From IMG/VR virus record IMGVR_UViG_3300032093_000733, positions 1 through 26,139 of that record: a stretch of DNA of 26,139 nucleotides. One strand, 5' to 3'. Shown piece by piece: positions 23,706 through 26,139 of the stretch. Below the pieces are notes generated by a model. The model was given only the letters and a program-made list of their open reading frames with translations, searched no databases and was not told where the DNA came from. A program made the translations under genes and the position numbers. This stretch comes from a virus. Taxonomy: Duplodnaviria > Caudoviricetes. Position 1 is the first letter of the stretch, and each line of letters begins with the position of its first letter.

Positions 23706-24662
23706 TTACTTGCCTCCACTTGGTTTGATATTGAGTCTTGCTGTTTCCTGTCCAACACTTACCGGAACATAACCGATAAGTTCTATTACTTTATCTTTGT
23801 CAACTGTCTCACGACCTTTAACCTTTGTCCAGCTGATTTCTATACCACTAGGTGTTACGCCAATGGTTCCCTCGAAAGAAGTCTTAAGTGAATCTCTTTC
23901 AAATTCCAGCTCTTTAATCTTTGCATCTAACTGTAGATAGTGCAGTGCGTTCTTGTCAACTTCTTCGTCCTCAATAACTACTTCACTAAGGACGATACGT
24001 TCTTTTTTTAATCCAGTACAACCCATCATCCCTGACTCATCGTAGTACTGGCAGTAGTTCTTGCAGAAGTTAGAATCCTTTTCTGGTTCTGGTAACTCTG
24101 TCATTGCCTTGACTTCTTCTAGCCAAGCCATAGCAGTCAGTGCGATCTCCTCAGAGTAATCCTCTGTGTGGACCTTGACGTTCTTCTCATCACCATCACG
24201 AGCGATAGCGACAAGGTTAACTGTCTTTACATCGTAGCCATTCTTAGATAGTAGATAGCCATAGAGCTGAACCTGCCAACGCTGTTGTGTTGATGGAAAG
24301 TATGAAAGGTTCTTAACCTTAGAAGTTTTCCAGTCAATGACTGCGCCGGTGCTAGGTATAAATAGATCCACGTGTGCTTTCATATCACCGTGTGCAACTT
24401 CAGACTCTACAAGGTAGTCCTTGCCTTCTGGATCTAAATGCTGGATAGCATCTTCGATTGCTGCGTGGATAGCAGTACCCATAATCGCTGCTAACTTAGA
24501 CTGGTTATCGTTGGTATGTGGTTGAGAGTTCAACCGGTACCACACCTTACGACGGCATCCACCTATCTCTGATGGACCTACCTGTGTCTGCGTACTGCGA
24601 TCACGACTTGCATCTTTAGCGTGCAGTACTGATAGCAGTAATTCTTTTGGGTCTGTAATCAT
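23706..24662 (-). CDS. Cas4/RecB-like PD-(D/E)xK exonuclease, 318 aa
   Basis: GPSEIGGC.R, GT.IH, HVD..IDWKT, Q.QLY, C...C.Y...C Fe-S-type cysteines. Confidence 0.88.
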   Translation of the reverse strand: MITDPKELLLSVLHAKDASRDRSTQTQVGPSEIGGCRRKVWYRLNSQPHTNDNQSKLAAIMGTAIHAAIEDAIQHLDPEGKDYLVESEVAHGDMKAHVDLFIPSTGAVIDWKTSKVKNLSYFPSTQQRWQVQLYGYLLSKNGYDVKTVNLVAIARDGDEKNVKVHTEDYSEEIALTAMAWLEEVKAMTELPEPEKDSNFCKNYCQYYDESGMMGCTGLKKERIVLSEVVIEDEEVDKNALHYLQLDAKIKELEFERDSLKTSFEGTIGVTPSGIEISWTKVKGRETVDKDKVIELIGYVPVSVGQETARLNIKPSGGK

Positions 24663-24820
24663 TGCGGATTCCTCACGATAAATGCAGCCTCTGGATAGTT
24701 AGCTGCTTCCAACTGTTGTGCTATCTGCTCACGCAGTTCTATCTCCATAAAGACTGGAGCAGCAGATCTACGACCCGACTGGATCGCTTCCTCTATTGCA
24801 TACTGGATAGTCTTTTCCAT
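24659..24820 (-). CDS. Hypothetical protein, 53 aa (MEKTIQYAIEEAIQSGRRSAAPVFMEIELREQIAQQLEAANYPEAAFIVRNPQ)
   Basis: TGATG and ATGA coupling at its ends. Confidence 0.7.
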   Translation of the reverse strand: MEKTIQYAIEEAIQSGRRSAAPVFMEIELREQIAQQLEAANYPEAAFIVRNPQ

Positions 24821-24906
24821 CAGTGTTCATCTCTACGTGTTAGCCAGTAGTCGAAAGCATAAGCTGCGACAAAGCCAATAAGCAAACCGAATGTAAACTT
24901 CAACAT
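24820..24906 (-). CDS. Single-TM microprotein, 28 aa (MLKFTFGLLIGFVAAYAFDYWLTRRDEH)
   Basis: GAGGA RBS; hydrophobic helix; TGATG coupling. Confidence 0.65.
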   Translation of the reverse strand: MLKFTFGLLIGFVAAYAFDYWLTRRDEH

Positions 24907-24911
24907 CTTTT

Positions 24912-25469
24912 TCATCCTCTCATCTGTGTTTCTAATTGAATCGGTGGGCAGGTATTGATGTCAAGAACCGACGCGATCTTTACAGCCTTTTCTGCAACCA
25001 CCTTTGCCGTGAGTAACTTATTGTAGGACTTAGCCTCTAAGGAATACAAGTACCCAAGAGCATAATTTCCACCAGAGCCAGCAGCGAATAGTCCCATCTC
25101 GCTGGCGTTAAAGGATAGATCTCCGCCGATAGAAAACAAGTAGGCGTTAAACGATAGTAGGTAGCTGAAGTTAGTCTCCTTCGGATCTACCTCGTACCCA
25201 TTCTCCTTAAAGGCCGAGTAGATACTTGGGATGATTCTCTTACCCATAAACTCGACTGGATGGTAGGTGGGTTTATAGGTAGGTGGAGTCCAGTTGTAGG
25301 CAAGGATATCCCCAGGTCTTGAGTCACCAGTAATACCTAGTAGGTACTTACCTACGCTGACGATCTTTGGTGTCTGTACTGAGATGATACGTTGGTCGTT
25401 ATCTGTGATCTGACTATCAGCTGCAAAGACTGTGAAGTCTTTACCTTGGATTCCTACGAGGGTTGTCAT
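24912..25469 (-). CDS. Ntn-hydrolase, proteasome beta-subunit / HslV-like protease, 185 aa
   Basis: M-T-T N-terminus, AADS (Asp17 of mature chain), PK (Lys33 equivalent), GSGG..A.G. Confidence 0.85.
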   Translation of the reverse strand: MTTLVGIQGKDFTVFAADSQITDNDQRIISVQTPKIVSVGKYLLGITGDSRPGDILAYNWTPPTYKPTYHPVEFMGKRIIPSIYSAFKENGYEVDPKETNFSYLLSFNAYLFSIGGDLSFNASEMGLFAAGSGGNYALGYLYSLEAKSYNKLLTAKVVAEKAVKIASVLDINTCPPIQLETQMRG

Positions 25470-25496
25470 AAGGTGGAGTATATCACACGGCGTGTC
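25470..25496 (-). promoter_or_regulatory. Leaderless extended -10 promoter with upstream GACAC box
   Basis: Minus strand GACACGCC-g-tg-TGA-TATACT-7 nt-ATG; no SD sequence. Confidence 0.7.
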
Positions 25497-25531
25497 TTAC
25501 TCTTCGTGGTGGGTTAGCGAATGTACAATAT

Positions 25532-25596
25532 GAGCCGTAAGGCGAATAACGGTAAGCGGCCCTTATCAGGGCCGAGGCGAAGCCGAGAGGCGACTG
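25532..25596 (+). other. Cluster of small hairpins in the divergent intergenic region
   Basis: GAGCC-GTAA-GGCGAAT, CGGCCCT-tatc-AGGGCCG, AGCC-GAGA-GGCGACT; TACAAT at 25524. Confidence 0.5.
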
Positions 25597-25622
25597 ACCA
25601 TAGGAAGGAGCCGTGCCAGACA

Positions 25623-25874
25623 ATGCTGCTCCGTCTACTCTCCCTGCAAAAATACTTAGCCAAGCATAGACCCTACAATAGCCTTCCTGAGCCTTACGGG
25701 GCCGATCTGAGGGCTTTAGGCCCTGTCCACGCCTGTACTTGTGGCTGTACTATGTTCAACATTATGGCAGCCTTTGAGGATTATGACATAGCTTGGTGGC
25801 ACCTTGACGGTACCTGTGCCAACTGCGGTAACTTGGTCACAATTCCTTGCCCAGTGGACAACCCAGAGAATTGA
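25623..25874 (+). CDS. Zn-finger protein, about 83 aa
   Basis: H.CTCGC..F..CANCG..PCP; AAGGAG at 25605-25610 favours ATG 25623 over 25521. Confidence 0.7.
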   Translation: MLLRLLSLQKYLAKHRPYNSLPEPYGADLRALGPVHACTCGCTMFNIMAAFEDYDIAWWHLDGTCANCGNLVTIPCPVDNPEN

Positions 25875-25904
25875 GCTACATTTTTTTAATTGTGCTACAA
25901 ATGC

Positions 25905-25950
25905 AAAAAGAAGCCCCCCACCCAGGATTTCTCCTGAGCAGGGGGCTGTT
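25905..25950. terminator. Intrinsic terminator between convergent genes
   Basis: AGCCCCC..CAGGA-tttc-TCCTG..GGGGGCT, with an A-run on the left (U-tract for the minus strand). Confidence 0.75.
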
Positions 25951-25970
25951 GCCTCGCGCTTATGGGTTAA

Positions 25971-26139
25971 TTACTTAGACCCACGACCAAACTCTGTTGC
26001 CTTTGGGTCTAGTGCTTTGAGCAATGGACCTGCAATAGCAGCGATACCTGCTGTTGCTAGGGCTTTTGGATCTGTCACTCCGGCTAGCCATAGCGCAATT
26101 ACTGACGCTACTCCAGCACGGAGATATGTTGCGAGCATT
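25971..26139 (-). CDS. Holin-like small membrane protein, 5' end probably outside the window
   Basis: ..MLATYLRAGVASVIALWLAGVTDPKALATAGIAAIAGPLLKALDPKATEFGRGSK: two TM helices and a charged tail, at the end of a minus-strand operon. Confidence 0.6.
   Translation of the reverse strand, partial: MLATYLRAGVASVIALWLAGVTDPKALATAGIAAIAGPLLKALDPKATEFGRGSK

Noticed and set aside
23706-24662. CRISPR-Cas system based on the Cas4-like gene
   Set aside because: No cas1/cas2 or array; solo Cas4/RecB-like nucleases are common in phage replication modules.
25524-25596. Hammerhead ribozyme (ATGA-stem-GAA)
   Set aside because: The CUGANGA core is missing (AATATGA) and I could not form stems I and III.
1-26139. 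tRNA genes, integrase/att sites, introns/inteins, reverse transcriptase or DGR
   Set aside because: No cloverleaf, recombinase, splicing or RT motifs, and no long repeat pairs seen by eye.

Overview
The window is part of a tailed dsDNA bacteriophage genome, probably podovirus-like. WhiB, DUF4192, an actinobacterial-type transglycosylase and an Hjc-type resolvase point to an actinobacterial host. The moderate GC suggests a low-GC (e.g. freshwater acI-like) host, which is inference. Four blocks are visible. (1) 110-12809, minus strand: terminase, portal and large virion/ejection-type proteins. (2) About 12810-13560: a non-coding control region with hairpins, a perfect CRP-type site, heptamer repeat arrays and a divergent sigma70/SigA-type promoter, probably containing the genome-end junction. 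(3) About 13590-17841, plus strand: an early region of many tiny, tightly coupled genes, most of them below the ORF-track cutoff. It has a peculiar CTAG/GCTA-rich composition, long intergenic RNA hairpins and a repeated GAGGG start motif, and ends in a transglycosylase and a DNA methyltransferase. (4) 17897-25469, minus strand: a replication/regulation operon (Ntn-hydrolase/proteasome-like protein, Cas4-like nuclease, WhiB, DnaB-like helicase, resolvase, split primase, DUF1599, sigma factor, methyltransferase), followed by a Zn-finger gene and a truncated holin. CATG appears to be absent from the whole window. All family calls are from motif recognition by eye, not database searches.
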